This document shows, piece after piece, positions 10,921 to 24,879 of a DNA stretch of 64,000 bases; position 1 is the first letter of the stretch, and every line of letters begins with the position of its first letter. The notes below the pieces were generated by a model, which was not told the DNA's origin, did not search any database, and saw nothing but the letters and a program-made list of their open reading frames with translations. The stretch is from contig CM059432.1 of the NCBI GenBank assembly GCA_030390025.1, positions 82,524,001 to 82,588,000 on the forward strand, read 5' to 3'. Made by a program: the position numbers and the translations under genes. Origin of the DNA: Squalus acanthias. Its lineage: Eukaryota.

Positions 10921-13278
10921 GTATGTAGCAAGCCCAACAAGAGAGGGGGCGGTTCTGGACCTAGTTTTAGGGAATGAAGCTGGGTAGGTGGAAAAGGTAT
11001 CAGTGGGAGAGCATATTGGTGGTAGTGATCATAATTCAGTTAGATTTAGGGTAGTTATGGAAAAGGACAAGGATAGACCAGGAATAAAAGTTCTCAATTG
11101 GGGAAAAGCAAATTATACTAAGCTGAGATGTGATTTAGCCAAAGTGAACTGGTGACAGAAACTTGAAGGTAAATCAGTGTCAGAGCAGTGGGAGGTATTC
11201 AAGGAGGAGATAGTGAGGGTTCAGAGCAAGTATGTTCCCTTAAAGAAAAAGGGTGGGCCTAACAAATCTAGAGCCCATTGGATGTCAAGGGGCATACAGG
11301 GTAGGATAAAGAAAAACAGGGAAGCTTATGACAGATACCGTGGGCTCAATACTGCAGAAACCCTAGAGTATTATAGAAAGTGCAGGGGTGAAATTAAAAA
11401 GGAAATTAGGAAAGCAAAGAGAGGGCATAAAAAAATATTAGCAAGTACAATCAAGGAAAACTCAAAGATGTTTTATAAATACATTAAGAGCAAGAGGATA
11501 ACTAAAGTAAGAGTAGGGCCTATTAGGGACCGTAAAGGTAACCTGTGTGTGGAGGCAGAAGACATGGGTATGGTTCTCAATGAATACTTTGCGTCTGTTT
11601 TCACAAAAAGAGAGGGACGAAGCAGACATTGCAATCAGGGAGGAGGAGTGTGAAATATTAGATGAAATAAACATAGTGAAAGAGGAAGTATTAAGGGGTT
11701 TAGCATCTTTGAAAGTGGATAAATCCCCAGGCCCAGATGTAATGTATCCCAGACTGTTAAGAGAAGTAAGGAGGAAATAGCAGAGGCTCTGACCATCATT
11801 TTCCAATCCTCTCTGGCTACAGGTGTGGTGCCAGAGGACTGGAGGACTGGTAACGTGGTACCTTTGTTTAAAAAGGGAGAAAGGGATAGACCGAGTAATT
11901 GCAGGCCCGTCAGCCTAACCTCGGTGGTGGGAAAATTATTGGAAAAAATTCTGAGGGACAGGATTAATCTTTATTTAGAAAGCTACGGATTAATCAGGGA
12001 CAGTCAGCATGAATTTGTTATGGGAAGGTCGTGTCTGACTAACTTGATTGAATTTTTTGAGGAGGTAACAAGGAGGGTCGATGAGGGTAGTTCATTTGAT
12101 GTAGTCTATATGGATTTTAGCAAGGGTTTTGATAAGGTTCCACATGGCAGACTGGTCATGAAAGTAAAAGCCCATGGGATCCAAGGCAAAGTGGCAAGTT
12201 GGTTCCAAAATTGACTCAGTGGCAGGAAACAAAGGGTAATGGTCGAAGGGTGTTTTTGTGACTGGAAGGCTGTTTCCAGTGGGGTTCCGCAGGGCTCATT
12301 ACTGGATCCTTTGCTTTTTGTGGTATATATCAATGATTTGGACTTGACTGTAGGAAGTATGATTAAGAAGTTTGCAGATGATACAAAAATTGGCCGTGTG
12401 GTTGATAATGAAGAAGAAAGCTATAGACTGCAGGAAGCTATCAATGGACTGGTCTGGTGGGCAGAACAGTGGCAAATGGAATTCAATCAGGAGAAGTGTG
12501 AGGTAATGCACAAGGCAAGGGAATACACAATAAATGGTAGGACACTGAGAAGTGCAGAGGATCAAAGGGACCTTGGAGTGCATGTCCACAGATCTCTGAA
12601 GGTAGCAGGACAGGTAGATAAGGTGGTTAAGAAGGCATATGGGATACTTGCCTTTATTAGCCGAGACATAGAATATAAGAGCAGGGAGGTTATACTTGAA
12701 CTGTATAAAACACTAATTAGGCCGCAGCTGGAATACTGCGTGCAGTTCTAGTCAACACATTACAGGAAGGATGTGATTGCACTAGAGAGGGTGCAGAGGA
12801 GATTTACAAGGATGTTGCCTGGGCTGGGGAATTTTAGCTATGAGGAAAGATTGTCTAGACTGGGGTTGTTTTCTTTGGAAGAGAGGAGGCTGAGGAGCAA
12901 CCTAATTGAGGTGTATAAAATTATGAGGGGTCTAGCTAGAGTGGATTGGAAGGACTTATTTCCCTTAGCAGAAGGGTCAATAACCAGGGGGCATAGATTT
13001 AAAGTAATTGGTAGGAGGTTTAGAGGGGATTTGAGGAGAATTTTTTTTACCCAGAGGGTGGTGGGGTTCTCGAACTCACTGCCTGAAAGGGTGATAGAGG
13101 CAGAGACCCTCATCACATTTAAAAAGTACTTGGATATGCACTTGAAGTGCCGTAACCTACAAGGCTACGGACCAAGTGCTGAAAAGTGGGATTAGGGTTG
13201 TTAGCTCTTTGTCGGCCGGCACGGACAAGATGGGCCGAATGGCCTCCTTCTGTGCTGTAAATTTCTATGATTCTATGA
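10921..13278 (+). mobile_element. 5'-truncated, degraded CR1 (HER1-like) LINE
   Basis: RT motifs [13 protein letters not shown] and KFADD; stops and frameshifts; TTCTATGATTCTATG tail. Confidence 0.95.
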
Positions 13279-13769
13279 TATCTGCTTTTAGTCTCTTTCC
13301 AACTGTATCGTGGATTCTCCTTCATTGTGCATTTCCATTTTTTTGTTTTCTCCCCTCTTGCCAGCTCTAGGGTGTAGTTCCATAGAGGAAAGTAGCCCTA
13401 CATTACAACTTCGCCAAGTTGTTGATCATCATGAATAATCCTAAACATTACAGCCTGGATATTTGGATGAGAGTTACAAAACAATACCTCGCAAAAAATC
13501 CAGGCTTGATTTTCGTAGGCAAATCGACTTTACAGAACATCACAGCCCAATCCTGTCCTCACCCGTATCCATACATTTTGCACATTTCAGCAAAGACTGC
13601 TGGATAGAGATCAGGAGCAGCATTTTCCTGGCTGAGATTTTCTACTCCTGAGCCCAACCAATTATAGAGGTCCTAACATTGACCTGACTGAAATCAGCTA
13701 TCTCAACACAGACCAAGGATTGAACATGGATGGGGCAGTTACTCACTGAGGCAACAAGAAAGCCACTGT

Positions 13770-14004
13770 GTAATAGGGGTTACGGGGAGCGGGCAGGAAA
13801 TTGGACATGAGGCTGAGTTCGGATCGGTCGAGGCCCTGTGGGTGGCGGAGCGGGCCCAGGGGCTGAGTGGCCGGGTCCTGCTCCTACTTCTTGTGTTCTT
13901 TAGATTTGAGGTGAGGATCAGATCAGCCATGATCTTATTGAATGGCGGAGCAGGCTCGAAGGGCCGATTGGCCTACTCCTGCTCCTATTTCTTATGTTCT
14001 TATG
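13770..14004 (+). mobile_element. CR1 3' UTR/tail fragment
   Basis: GATCAGCCATGATCTTATTGAATGGCGGAGCAGGCTCG...TTCTTATGTTCTTATG, shared with the CR1 ends at 16681 and 36315. Confidence 0.8.
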
Positions 14005-17000
14005 TAATTCTAACTTTCATATTGTACATATCTAAATAATGCTACAGGATTGATAATAAAATGAACTGAACCATTCCTGAAATAACGTATCAAGTCCCAT
14101 AGACTCATCTGCATCTTTTTATTGATGTTACTCATTTGGAGCATAAATAATAAATTGAAAATATAGAAAACTTAAAGTAAGAATGTTCCATTTGGTTCTT
14201 TGTAGGCTTTACATGAGAAGTATTAAAGGTATATAAATCCAAGTAATTAGAGTTGGATGTAAAGCTAAATTAATAACTTACATACCCATTGTTATATAAG
14301 TCTTCAGAGAAAATCAAATCTTTAATTATTTTCTCCTTTATGAATGATATCATAACTATTCTGCCAATTCCCACTGAACAAAATGCAGTCTTTCATATTA
14401 TTTCTAACTCTTTTACACCTAAGAATTTAGAGAAGCTGTAAAGTAGCAGAAAGAATTGGCCATTATTATGTTATAAAGAGTTAGGGCAAATAGCAGGTCA
14501 TGTGTAGGCAGTCAGAAGAGTTATAGCACTGCATCAGAATGAAATTTATGAGTTTGTTTATGAGTTGACAAGTTGAAACAGTTTGATCTCAGTACCCACC
14601 CACTACATCACATATGCTATATCACATGTTACTATAAAAATCCTTCAATCACCTCCTTTATGAAAACAAAGAAAAATTGTATTTATAAATCCAGCTACTC
14701 GGATGGACCAGAACAAGATAGCACAGTGTATCAGAACACTTTCTTTCCAAGTCCAAATCCAGCCCAGAATGATTGTATTAAAACTGCCCCCGCCCCACCG
14801 ACGCTGTGGTTAAATGTACCATTTAATGTGGCACTGAGACACGACTGTGAGGTTGCTAAATTTGCAGCTTAAAAGAACTAGTGGTTCCCAAGTACTGAAT
14901 ACACCTTTGTTATCTCCATGCTGGATTTCTCCAAAACTCCAAAACTGTGTTCCAAGCTCTGCACTGCACAAACCCCAACCCATTCAAAACTACCCTACCC
15001 ATGTCATATCCCATCCTAAGTTCAACTCCCCTACGATCTCTAGCCTCGATGACTTCCACTGGATCCTAATCCCCCAGTGCACTGAATTCGAAGTCCTTGT
15101 CATTGTTTACAACATCCTCCATGGTTTTACCCCATCCCACCTCTGCATCTTGCTCCAGCCCCCTCGCTCTACTCTTCCAGCTCTGGACTGGTTTACATTC
15201 AACCCTTCAGCCATGTTGGCGCACATTCTGGAACTCCCTTCCTGCACCTCTCCAACTTGCTACCTCTCTTCACATCTTCAAATTCCTCTTTAAAGCCTAT
15301 GGGGGCAAAATTGGGCTTGGTAGCGCCCATTCTTTTGAGCGCTACAAGGTCCGTTAAGGTTCCAAAATGGCATTCGCGGCGCTCACACGCACTTCTGACG
15401 TGAAGTGCACTGGACACCATATTGGTAAACGGGTTAGCGCACGTGCACCTAATGTCCGCCGGAAGTATGCAGAGCAGGCAGATCATGATGTCAATCATTG
15501 TGCAATGCTGATTTGACGCCAGCGCTGCCATTTTGGAGCTCCACACTCCATCCTTTACACTCTCTTAACCTCCCACAGCTGAACACGCATTCAACAGCAT
15601 GAAGGACCCCCACCAGTGCTATTTAAAGTAATCATCAACCATTACAGGTTAGGTGTTCGATTATTTCTTCTGGCTTTTGCTGAAATTCTATGTATTTTGG
15701 GTGCTTTTCTATACCTGTTAAAAGTTTCAATAATCTACAGGGAGTGGTCCAGTTGGTGCTGAAGTACTTTTTTGGTGACTTAAAGTTTGTGCACAAACCA
15801 ATTGCTTCCAGACATGGGTGGCCCAGTAGGGCATCCTCTTGGCATTCAGCATGGCTGAGAGAATAAGCAGAGGCCACCCAGAGCAGGACAAGCTGTTAGA
15901 AGAGGGAGGAGGAGGAGGAGGAGGGGGAGAAGGGCTCTGAGCAAGAGGCCATATCTGCAGAGAGTCTTTAGGGAACAGATCTGTTGGAGAACAGATTGCT
16001 GGAGTGCTGCGATGCCCTGGAAGCCTATTGCACACTGGTATCCAGAGCCATGATGGCAGCAATCTGAGATTGCATGACAGCAGTCTGAACTTCCACTTCA
16101 GCACTCAGACGTTGGGTGAACGCTGCTTGTGCTGCAATGGAAGCTGAGACATCAGCCATCAGACACTGCATCATGGTTGGCTCCATAGGTGCGTTGATGG
16201 AGGTGGAAAGGATGGGCTCCAAGCTCTGTGCAAAGCCCTGTGCCAAGTTAGTGCCGTACTCGTCCATGCTTCTTGACATTGAGCGCAGGCTTTCCAATGC
16301 ACCAAGCATTTGGCTGTGTACACCCATCAGCTTTCTTCTGTAGCCTGGCCCATCAAAGTCATCATCTGAGTCCTCTGCAGCAGAACTAGTGTGTAACCTC
16401 GTCCTCCGGTGAGCTGGCACCTGCAATATCCTTTCCCCCTGCCCTGGCTGCAGTGCACTTGTGTCCAGTGTCTCACCATGTGCAGATCACACAACTATCC
16501 TATCTAAATTATGCGCAGTGTCAGTATCTGAACTGGGGGCTGCGATGGTGAAATCGAGTGATGGTGTGTCTTCATCTTCACTGTCTTCTTGCTCTTCCTC
16601 CACTGCCTGGACAGGTTGCAGTTCATGGGTATCTGAAAGGAAAAAGGGACAAGGGTAGGGTTGTGGTGAGGGGAGAGGAGCATAAGAACATAAGAAATAG
16701 GAGCAAGAGTAGGCCATTTCGCCACTCGAGCCTGCTCCGCTATTCTATAAGATCATGGCTGATCTTCTATCTCAACTCCACTTTCCTGCACTATCCCCAT
16801 ATCCCTTGATTCCCTAATATCCAAAAATCTATCGATCTCTGTCTTGAATATACTCAACGACTAAGATTCCACAACCCTCTGGGGTAGAGAATTCCAAAGA
16901 TTCGCCACCCTCTGAGTGAAGAAATTTCTCCTCATCTCAGTCCTAAATGGTCGACCCCTTATTCTGAGACTGTGACCCCTGGTTCTAGACTCCCCAGCCA

Positions 17001-18405
17001 GGGGAAACATCCTCCCTGCATCTACCCTGTCAAGCCCTGTAAGAATTCTATATGTTTCAATGAGATCACCTCTCATTCTTCTAAACTCGAGAGAATATAG
17101 GCCTAGTCTACTCAATCTCTCCTCATAGGACAATCCCCCCATCCCAGAAATCAGTCTGGTGAACCTTCGTTGCCCTCCCTCTATGGCAAGTATATCCTTC
17201 CTTAGGTAAGGAGACCAAATCTGTACACATACTCCAAGTGTGGTCTCACCAGGGCCCTATATAATTGCAGTAAGATGTCTTTACTCTTATACTCAAATCC
17301 TCTTGTAATAAAGGCCAACATACCATTTGCTTCCCTAATTGCTTGCTGTACCTGCATATTAATTTTCAGTGATTCGTGTACAAGGACACCCAGGTCCCTC
17401 TAAACACCAACATTTCCCAATCTCTCACCATTTAAAAAATACTCTTGCTTTTCTATTTTTCCTACCAAAGTGGATAACTTCACATTTATCCACATAATAT
17501 TCCATTTGCCATGTTCTTGCCCACTCACTTAGCTTGTCTATATCCCCTTGAAGCCTCCTTGCATCCTCCTCACCACTTATATTCCCACCCAGCTTTGTAT
17601 TATCAGCAAACTTGGATATATTTCATTTGGTCCCCTCATCCAAATCATTGATATAGATTGTGAATAGCTGAGGCCCAAGCAATGATCCTTGAGGTACCCC
17701 ACTAGTTACAGCCTGCCAACCCGAAAATTACCCGTTTATTCCTACTCTCTGTGTTCTCTCCATTAACCAATCCTCAATCCATGCTACTATATTACCCCCA
17801 ATCCCATGAGCCCTAATTTTGTGTAATAACCTCTTGTGTGGCGCCTTATCGAATGCCTTCTGAAAATCCAAATACACCACATCCACTGGTTCTCCCTTAT
17901 CTATTCTGCTAGTTACAACCTCAAAAATCTCCAACAGATTTGTCAAACACGATTTCCCTTTCATAAATCCGTGTTGACTCCGCCCAATCCTATTATTATT
18001 TTCTAAGTGTCCTGTTACCACGTCTTTAATAATAGATTCCAGCATTTTCACTACTACTGATGTCAGGCTAACTGGTCTGTAGTTCCTCGCTTTCTCTCTC
18101 CCTCCTTTCTTAAATAGTGGGGTTACATTTGCTACCTTCCAATCTGCAGGAACCGTTCTAGAATCGATGGAATTTTGGAAAATGACAACCAATGCATCCA
18201 CTATCTCTGTAGCCACCTCTTTCAAAACGCTAGGATGTAGGCCATCAGGTCCAGGGGCTTTATTGGCTTTCAGTCCCATTAATTTCTCCAGTACTATTTT
18301 TTTACTAATACTAATTTCTTTCAGTTCCTCATTCTCGCTAGACCCTTGGTTCTCCACTATTTCCGGGAGGTTTTATGCGTCTTCTTCCGTGAAGACAGAC
18401 ACAAA

Positions 18406-21400
18406 GGACTCGATTTTTATTTCCGAGGCGGGTTGGAGTCGGGTTGCGTGGTGGGCAGGTTCCGGAGCCGCGTCCGGCGGGATCAGCTGATGATGTCCGA
18501 TTTTGATTTAATCAGCTTGTTGATTTCATTGGGGCGCGCTGGCCGGTCCAATGAGTGCGATCGGGTCGGCTGGCCGCCTCTGATGACATCATCATAGCAG
18601 CTGGCTTTAAAGCTGCCATTCAGCCTCAGCCTTTCTCTTCTGGATTCTAATACTCAGTGATATTGATCCATCCACAATGACTTCTTCCAGAGGCAAGGCA
18701 GCTCCTCGATTTAATGATGAGTCCCTCCATGCTCTTGTGGATGCTGTCAGAAGACGCAGGGAAATTCTCTTCCCTCCTGATGGCTGGAGGAAGCCTCCTC
18801 AGCAGACCAAGGCAGCCTGGCTGCGCATTGCTCAGGAGGTCAGCGCTAGGTCCATTTGTTCACGCTCATGGATCCGGTGCCGAAAAAGGTTTAATGATCT
18901 TGTGCGAACATCAAAAGTGAGTATCCCATCACACTTACCTTCAATCTGCTTCCCTTCTCTTCTCATCACCAGCACTCTGCGTTGTAAGTCTGCTCCTCCA
19001 CATACCATCTTACCCTTACTTCCCTTGCATCCTTTCCTATCCATCTCTGTCTCTGCACTGAATCACTTCAGCATCCTGCCTATGCACCCCTTAGACTCGC
19101 TCTCACTGTCATGCAGTGACAACTAACAACGCACAGGGAGCTAGCTTCCTCTTGGCACCTTACCCCATCTTCGTCTCCCTCAAAGCTTCTATGGTAGGGA
19201 TTATTCACACTCACTCCATCACTGTGGTTGAAACTCCGCTTGTGTCCCTCCTTGCAGGAAAAGATAGCCCACAATAAGAGGGAGAGAGCACTGACTGGAG
19301 GAGGTACACCTACCCTAGCAACATTGACAAGTGCTCAGGAGGCTGCATACGAAATTGCTGGAGGTGGCGAGGACCTGGAAGTGGGCGATGGAGAGACAGG
19401 CACACTAGAAGAAGCTGGTGACATAATAGAGTTTCATCCCTCTCATTAACATTTAGTGATCAACTGCAATGGCATATGATGTTCATAGAGAATTGCATTG
19501 TATCATCTGCTCAAAAGGATGTGTCTGCTACATCAGTATCAGATGTCTAAATCATGCCTTTACTCTCCCACAGTATCATCGACGCCCCCCTCCCCACGAT
19601 CCAGGACAAAGAGCCGACAACTCCTCAGAGGAACCTGAAGCCTCAGAGGGAGGAGCGTCACCAGGACTCAGCGCACCCAGCACCAGCGCAGCAACGCACA
19701 CCTCGGTGGGGCCCTCGCGAGTTAGAGTAGTGTTGCCACCTGGTCTATCACAGCGCACAAGTGAGCATCAGCAGATGGTGGAGACAGCGACAGCAGTGAA
19801 GAGTCCTCAGCGGAGGTCACAGCAATTTCCTAGCTCTGCTGAGCTGCATGTAGACGCTGTGCCTCTGCGGCCATCCAGAAAAAGAGCGTCTCATGATATA
19901 CAGGAACAAGTGCAGGTGTCTCTGGAAGGGTTTGCCTCCAGGGTTAGTGCGAGTGTGGATAGAATGGAGGAGTCCATCTCTAACATCAGCACTGCCGTGG
20001 TGGAGGCAATGGCACATGAACACACCACCATGGATAGGATGGCAACCTCCATGGATAGAATGGCACCCTCAGTGGAAAGGACGGCTACCGCCAAGGAGGA
20101 AATAAGTCACCAGAGTCAGGAAAACATGGTGACTGTTCAAAATAGAATGTCATCTCTGGAGGAGCGATGGGCAGCTATTGAGCAGAGAGACCAGAGCTTC
20201 ATGGACATCTTTGTGATGAGGACTGCCAGTGCAGATACGGGTCCTCATGGTCTCCCTGATGTGCAACAAGGTGCTCTCCAGCCACTTGCCAAAAATGAGG
20301 TGCAGCTGACCCATGAGAGGGATGTTGTTGGCAGGACACAAGGAAGTGTGGGTTCCTCTCAAAGTGCTCACACGACCATGCCACTGCGGAGCCCTCGGTC
20401 TGAGACCCACTTTGCGGAGACAACTGAGATGGCCGTTTCAGCCCCTGCACAGCCGCAGGAAGAGCAGACTGTTGAAGAGCCCTCCCAGGCTCCCAAATCC
20501 AGAGGATGCCCGCCAAAGGCGTCTAAGCAGGTGCAGCATCCTAGTCAGCAAGGTGCCTCTACATCTGCTGAAGCCACAGGGGAAGCACCATGTAGAAGCA
20601 CACGTAAGAGAAAGATTAAGCACCTATAGTCACAAGGGGACTCACGTGGGTGTTTTGTCTTTTTTTCCTGACTGTTCTTGGTTTATGATCTTTTTGTCAT
20701 GTGTAAAAGAAAAATTTTGGCAAACAGTTGATTGTGTGGCCTGTGTGTTCCGGGAAATGGCAAAAGTGCATTGAGGGCTCAGGGCGACTTGCTTTTGTAA
20801 CGCTGATGGTAAAAGTGATCGGAAATAACCAGGTATAGCAGAGATGATGTATGACGTTGGACAAATGTCGCTTACAATTACAGAGCCATATGGTAGCCAC
20901 CTATGGTTGAAGAGTAAGCTTATGCGAATGTGGCATGGCAGTGTGCATACCCTGCTTGACGGGCAACAGTGAACTGGAGGGATGCTGCATTGGTCACAAC
21001 AGGGCATGCAAGGCGCCCCTCGTCCTCCTCCTCCTCTTCCCAGGAAGATCTGCGCTGAGCCACGCGGCTGGTGCTCCTCCGATTATGAGGACCAGGATGA
21101 GAGAACATACATTTTTCCCATCCCCTTGCTAAAGATTTCATTTGAGGCAAGAAGCTTGCAAGTGCACAGTCGAAGTGGCCTGAAATTATTCCATTCAGGT
21201 CACACTGCAGATAGGTGTCGGCTTGAACAGTCACAAGGTCAGTAGATGTGCAAAATCGTATCCCATACCTACAACTGCAAAGTTGTTGCATTTGAATGAC
21301 AGCCATGTTTCAGGAGTGTTTTTAAAGCACTCCACCAATGAATACAAATCATGTCCTCCAGCAACTCGTCTCCTTGAACCTGGCCTGTTTCTGACAAGAC

Positions 21401-21649
21401 GGGAAACAGGAGCCAGAAGCACGAAAATTGGAAACCACTATCAAAATAGGATTAGCAAGGCAGTTAACAAGCTCTTAACTGCTTTAACTACCTGTCCCAC
21501 CGGTTCCAGTCGGGTCAGTTTGGGAGCGGCTGAACAGCCACTCACGAAAATCGGGTGGGGGCGGGTTGGGTGTCTGAAGCTATTTTTTCCGATTTTCGCT
21601 ACAGACCCGCCTCCAAACCTGCCTCCTCAGGGCTATTAAAATCGAGCCC
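18406..21649 (+). mobile_element. PIF/Harbinger element retaining its Myb/SANT-like gene, transposase almost entirely deleted
   Basis: TIR GGACTCGATTTT / AAAATCGAGCCC; AAA TSD at 18403-18405 and 21650-21652; only an acidic transposase-like C-terminal remnant on - near 20920-21050. Confidence 0.9.
18677..20629 (+). CDS. Harbinger Myb/SANT-like (MSANTD-type) protein, 3 exons: 18677-18916, 19258-19417, 19574-20629; probably one frameshift early in exon 3
   Basis: APRFNDESLHALVDAV...AWLRIAQEV...CRKRFNDL helix signature; GT-AG sites; 160-bp exon 2 as in the paralogous element; long open exon 3 with heptad-like repeats and a basic C-terminus (RSTRKRK). Confidence 0.75.
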
Positions 21650-22559
21650 AAAGTATTTGTTTAATTTCTCTGCCATTTCCTTATTCCCCATTATAATTTC
21701 TCCTGTCTCAGCCTGTAAGGGACCCACATTTACTTTCGCTAATCTTTTCCTTTTTACATACCTATAGAAGCTTTTACAGTCTGTTTTTATGTCTCTCGCC
21801 AGTTTATTCTCATATTCTAATTTCCCTTTCTTTACCAATTTCTTGGTCCTCCTTTGCTGAATTCTAAAATCCTCCCAATCCTCAGGCTTACTACGCTTTT
21901 TGGCAACATTATAAGCCTCTTCCTTTGATCTAATACTATCTTTAACTTCTCTTGTTAGCCACTTTTCCTGTGGGGTTTTTGTGCCTTAAAGGAATGTATA
22001 TTTGTTGTAAATTATGTATTAATTCTTTAAATGCTAGCCATTGCTTCTCTACTGTCATACCTTTTAATGTCATTTTCCAATCTACCTTAGCCAACTCGTC
22101 CCTCATACCTACATAGTTTGCTTTGTTTAGATTTAAGACCCTAGTTTCGGATTTAACTAAATCACTTTCAAACTCAATATAAAATTCTATCATATTATGG
22201 TCACTCTTCCCTGAAGGCCCCTTTACTACAAGGTTATTAATTAACCCTTTCTCGTTGCACAATACTCAATCTAAAATAGCCTGTTCCCTAGTTGGTTCCT
22301 CAACATGCTGATCTAGAAAACTATCTTGCATACATTCCATGAATTTGTCCTCCACACTACGACTGCAAATTTGGTTTGCCCAGTCTATATGTAGATTAAA
22401 GTCCCCCATGATTACTGTATTACCCTTGCTACATGCGCCTCTAATTTCCTGATTTATACTCTGCCCTACATTACAACTACTATTTGGGGGCCTAGAAACA
22501 ACTCCTACCAATGTTTTCTGCCCCTTGCTGTTTCTTAATTCCACCCAAACTGATTCTAA

Positions 22560-22665
22560 AGACGGGAGGAGGCTCGAATGGAGCATAAACACCAGCATGG
22601 ACTGGTTGGGCTGAATGGCCTGTTTCTGTGCCGTATATCCTATGTAATCCTATGTAATCTATGTA
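22560..22665 (+). mobile_element. Short CR1-type 3' tail inserted antisense into the CR1
   Basis: GGGCTGAATGGCCTGTTTCTGTG...CCTATGTAATCCTATGTAATCTATG interrupts the endonuclease-coding region. Confidence 0.7.
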
Positions 22666-24879
22666 CTTCTTGATTTTCGGAACTAAGATCCTTTCTCTCT
22701 ACTGTCTTTATCCCATCCTTTATTATCAGGGCTACCCCTCCTCCTTTTCCATTTCGCCTATCTCTTCCTGGAATATTTAGTTCCCAATCTTGGCCACATT
22801 GCAACCACGTCTCCGTAATGACACACCACCTGCACTGCCATCCTATATGACCTTGTTTTATTTAATTAAATTTAATTAAATTTGTAATTAGGTAACTTAG
22901 TTTACAGTGTAGTTTTTTGATGATGTACTTGATCTAGATTAAGTTATGGGTACTGAAATTAAATATCTACCTGTAACACAAAGCACTACAAGTAGTGTAG
23001 GCAAAAAGCAGCAACTCCTTCCCCCTCTTCTCCGAAATCCCAGAGAAAATAAGAAGTGCATGCTTACACCAACTTGTAAGTCAGAAGAGACTATGGGATG
23101 AGGGGGATGTGAGAAGGAGGATTAGGCATGAGGATACCATCATCTTCAATGGCTTCAGCCCCGTTGGTGGCCACGGCCTTAGCAATGGCCCTTCACACAA
23201 TGGCCAGCAACGCTGCCTCCATGGGGGTTAGAACATGCAGGCGTGCCTCTCCCCCTTCGGCTAGTTCCTGCTGCCTCTGGTTGTGTGCCACCTTCTCCTA
23301 CAAGAGAGAGTGAAGTGTTTCAGTGAGCGTCGTGCAATATGTTTGGGTAATGTGGCTGTTATGGTGGAATAGCTGGCAGTGTGTGCAAGCTGTGAGATGT
23401 GGATGTGAGACTTACAACAGTGCTAAGTGTGCAAGGGTGAGGTGAAGTATATGAATGTTATGTATGAGTCCTGATTGATAGAGATTCTTGGTAGGTGAGT
23501 GATGGGGGTGTGGTGAATTGAGCAGTGTCTGAGGCTAGTGGTGCAGTTGGTAGGATATGACATTTGAAGATGTATTCACTGACCTTGACCACTCGTGTGA
23601 GGTCATTAAACTTCTTGGGGCACTGCATCCAGGTACTTGGTGCTAAATTCCTAGTATTACCCTCCGTGGCTATCTGTTCCCACTGCCTTCTCATCGTGTC
23701 TCTGGAGGCCTCCTGCCCCCCTGAGGATACAGGCCATCTCTCCTCCTTTCCACCTCCTCTACCAAGACCTCCAATGCAGCGTCCAAAAACCTGGGTGTCC
23801 ACTCTCTCCCATGGTCAGTCATTCTTCGCTCTTTCCCAGGTCAGATTCAGTTGCAGAACTACTCCCACCACATTCTCCAGCCACAATGCACCTCCCCTTT
23901 AAGAGGTGCAGGCTAGCTTTAAGTATTGCAGGCTAGCTTTAAGTAGTGCAAGTTAGTAACGATATTGGGCCGCCTGCTGATGCGTGCAGCCAATGAACAG
24001 TGCAGGTAGCGCTGGCTGTACACAGAAATCATTATAATGAGCAGGCAGCACGAAGTTGGCATGCTGCCTGCATTACACTGAACGGGCGCAGGTTAATCGC
24101 GCATTGCGATCCCCACGCCCGTTTTCGGGGGCTATCCAATTTAACCCCCTACGTCTTTGACCATGCCTTTGATTACCTCCATTAAATTTCCTACTATTCC
24201 TCCTGTCATTCTTACTTCCGTGAAGTGCCTTGGGGTCTTTACTATGTTAAAGGCACTATATAAATGCAAGCTGTTGTTGAATTTACCATTCGTAATTTGG
24301 TGGATGAAGTGTTGCTACAAATGGTCTCAAAATTGGCAAGTAGCGATGGAAAAATGATCAGCATTACTGCTCCTGCAGCACTATTCAGTGACCCTTGCTG
24401 GAAGTCCACATATTTAGATGCTGGGTGAAGAGATATTTGGGCTCATATATGATGTCAAGTAGCTTGCCAGTACTCGCTATCCAGACACACACACGTGAAG
24501 ACTGGCATGATGTGTCAGTCTCATTCTTTTCAAAATGATGGAGCCCCTTACCTCCCTCACTTAGTCTTTGGTTCATCCTCCAATCTTCAGGCTTTTCAAA
24601 TCCAATCTTAGAGTCACCTAATCACTACTTCCTGATTTACCTCAGAATGTTTACGCAATATGGGCTTTGGTTTCTCAGTTTAAAAAAAGTGAAACTGCTT
24701 TGACCCATTTAACAGTAGGGTTTAGTCTACAGCACGAAACGAAGGGGCTGAAATTCCAACCCCACTTAGTTGTGGTTTTCGTGCCAGCAGTGTCACACCC
24801 ATAAGAAAGAAAGACTTGCATTTATGTAAAGTATCAGTGCCCTGACTGCTGGTGATAAGCAGGCTCAACAGTTTGTACA

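Larger units (their letters stand above)
16681..22828 (-). mobile_element. CR1 LINE (EN + RT, degraded), split by the Harbinger at 18406-21649
   Basis: EN motifs IMGDFN and SDHN; RT motifs; (TTCTTATG)n tail at 16681-16700; lies in intron 2 of the outer Myb-like gene. Confidence 0.95.
16030..23830 (-). pseudogene. Harbinger Myb/SANT-like DNA-binding gene, 3 exons, disabled
   Basis: Exon 1 ends at 23584 (TPRFLDAALEVLVEEV...QWEQIA...CPKKFNDLTRVVK|GTCAGT); exon 2 is 23297-23138 (EKVAHN..., 160 bp, internal stop); exon 3 starts at 16632 after TTTCAG and is acidic; frameshifts present. Confidence 0.75.
15301..24149. mobile_element. PIF/Harbinger element (internally deleted) containing a nested CR1 and a second Harbinger
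   Basis: TIR GGGGGCAAAATTGG / CCAATTTAACCCCC; TSD TAT/TAC (consistent with CpG decay); transposase N-terminal remnant (RRRALSKRPYLQRVFREQ) on + at ~15900-15980; Myb-like gene on -. Confidence 0.85.
14900..24280 (+). mobile_element. L2 LINE 3' fragment split by the Harbinger at 15301-24149 (pieces ~14900-15300 and 24150-24280)
   Basis: L2-like peptide remnant (FHWILIPQCTEFEVLVIVYNILHG); junction reads TTAAAGCCTAC|GTCTTTGACC; ends GCACTATATAAATGCAAGCTGTTGTTG. Confidence 0.65.

Noticed and set aside
13530..13750. Old SINE-like remnant (similar traces near 26850, 53860 and 56590)
   Set aside because: Too degraded to assign a family or boundaries by eye.
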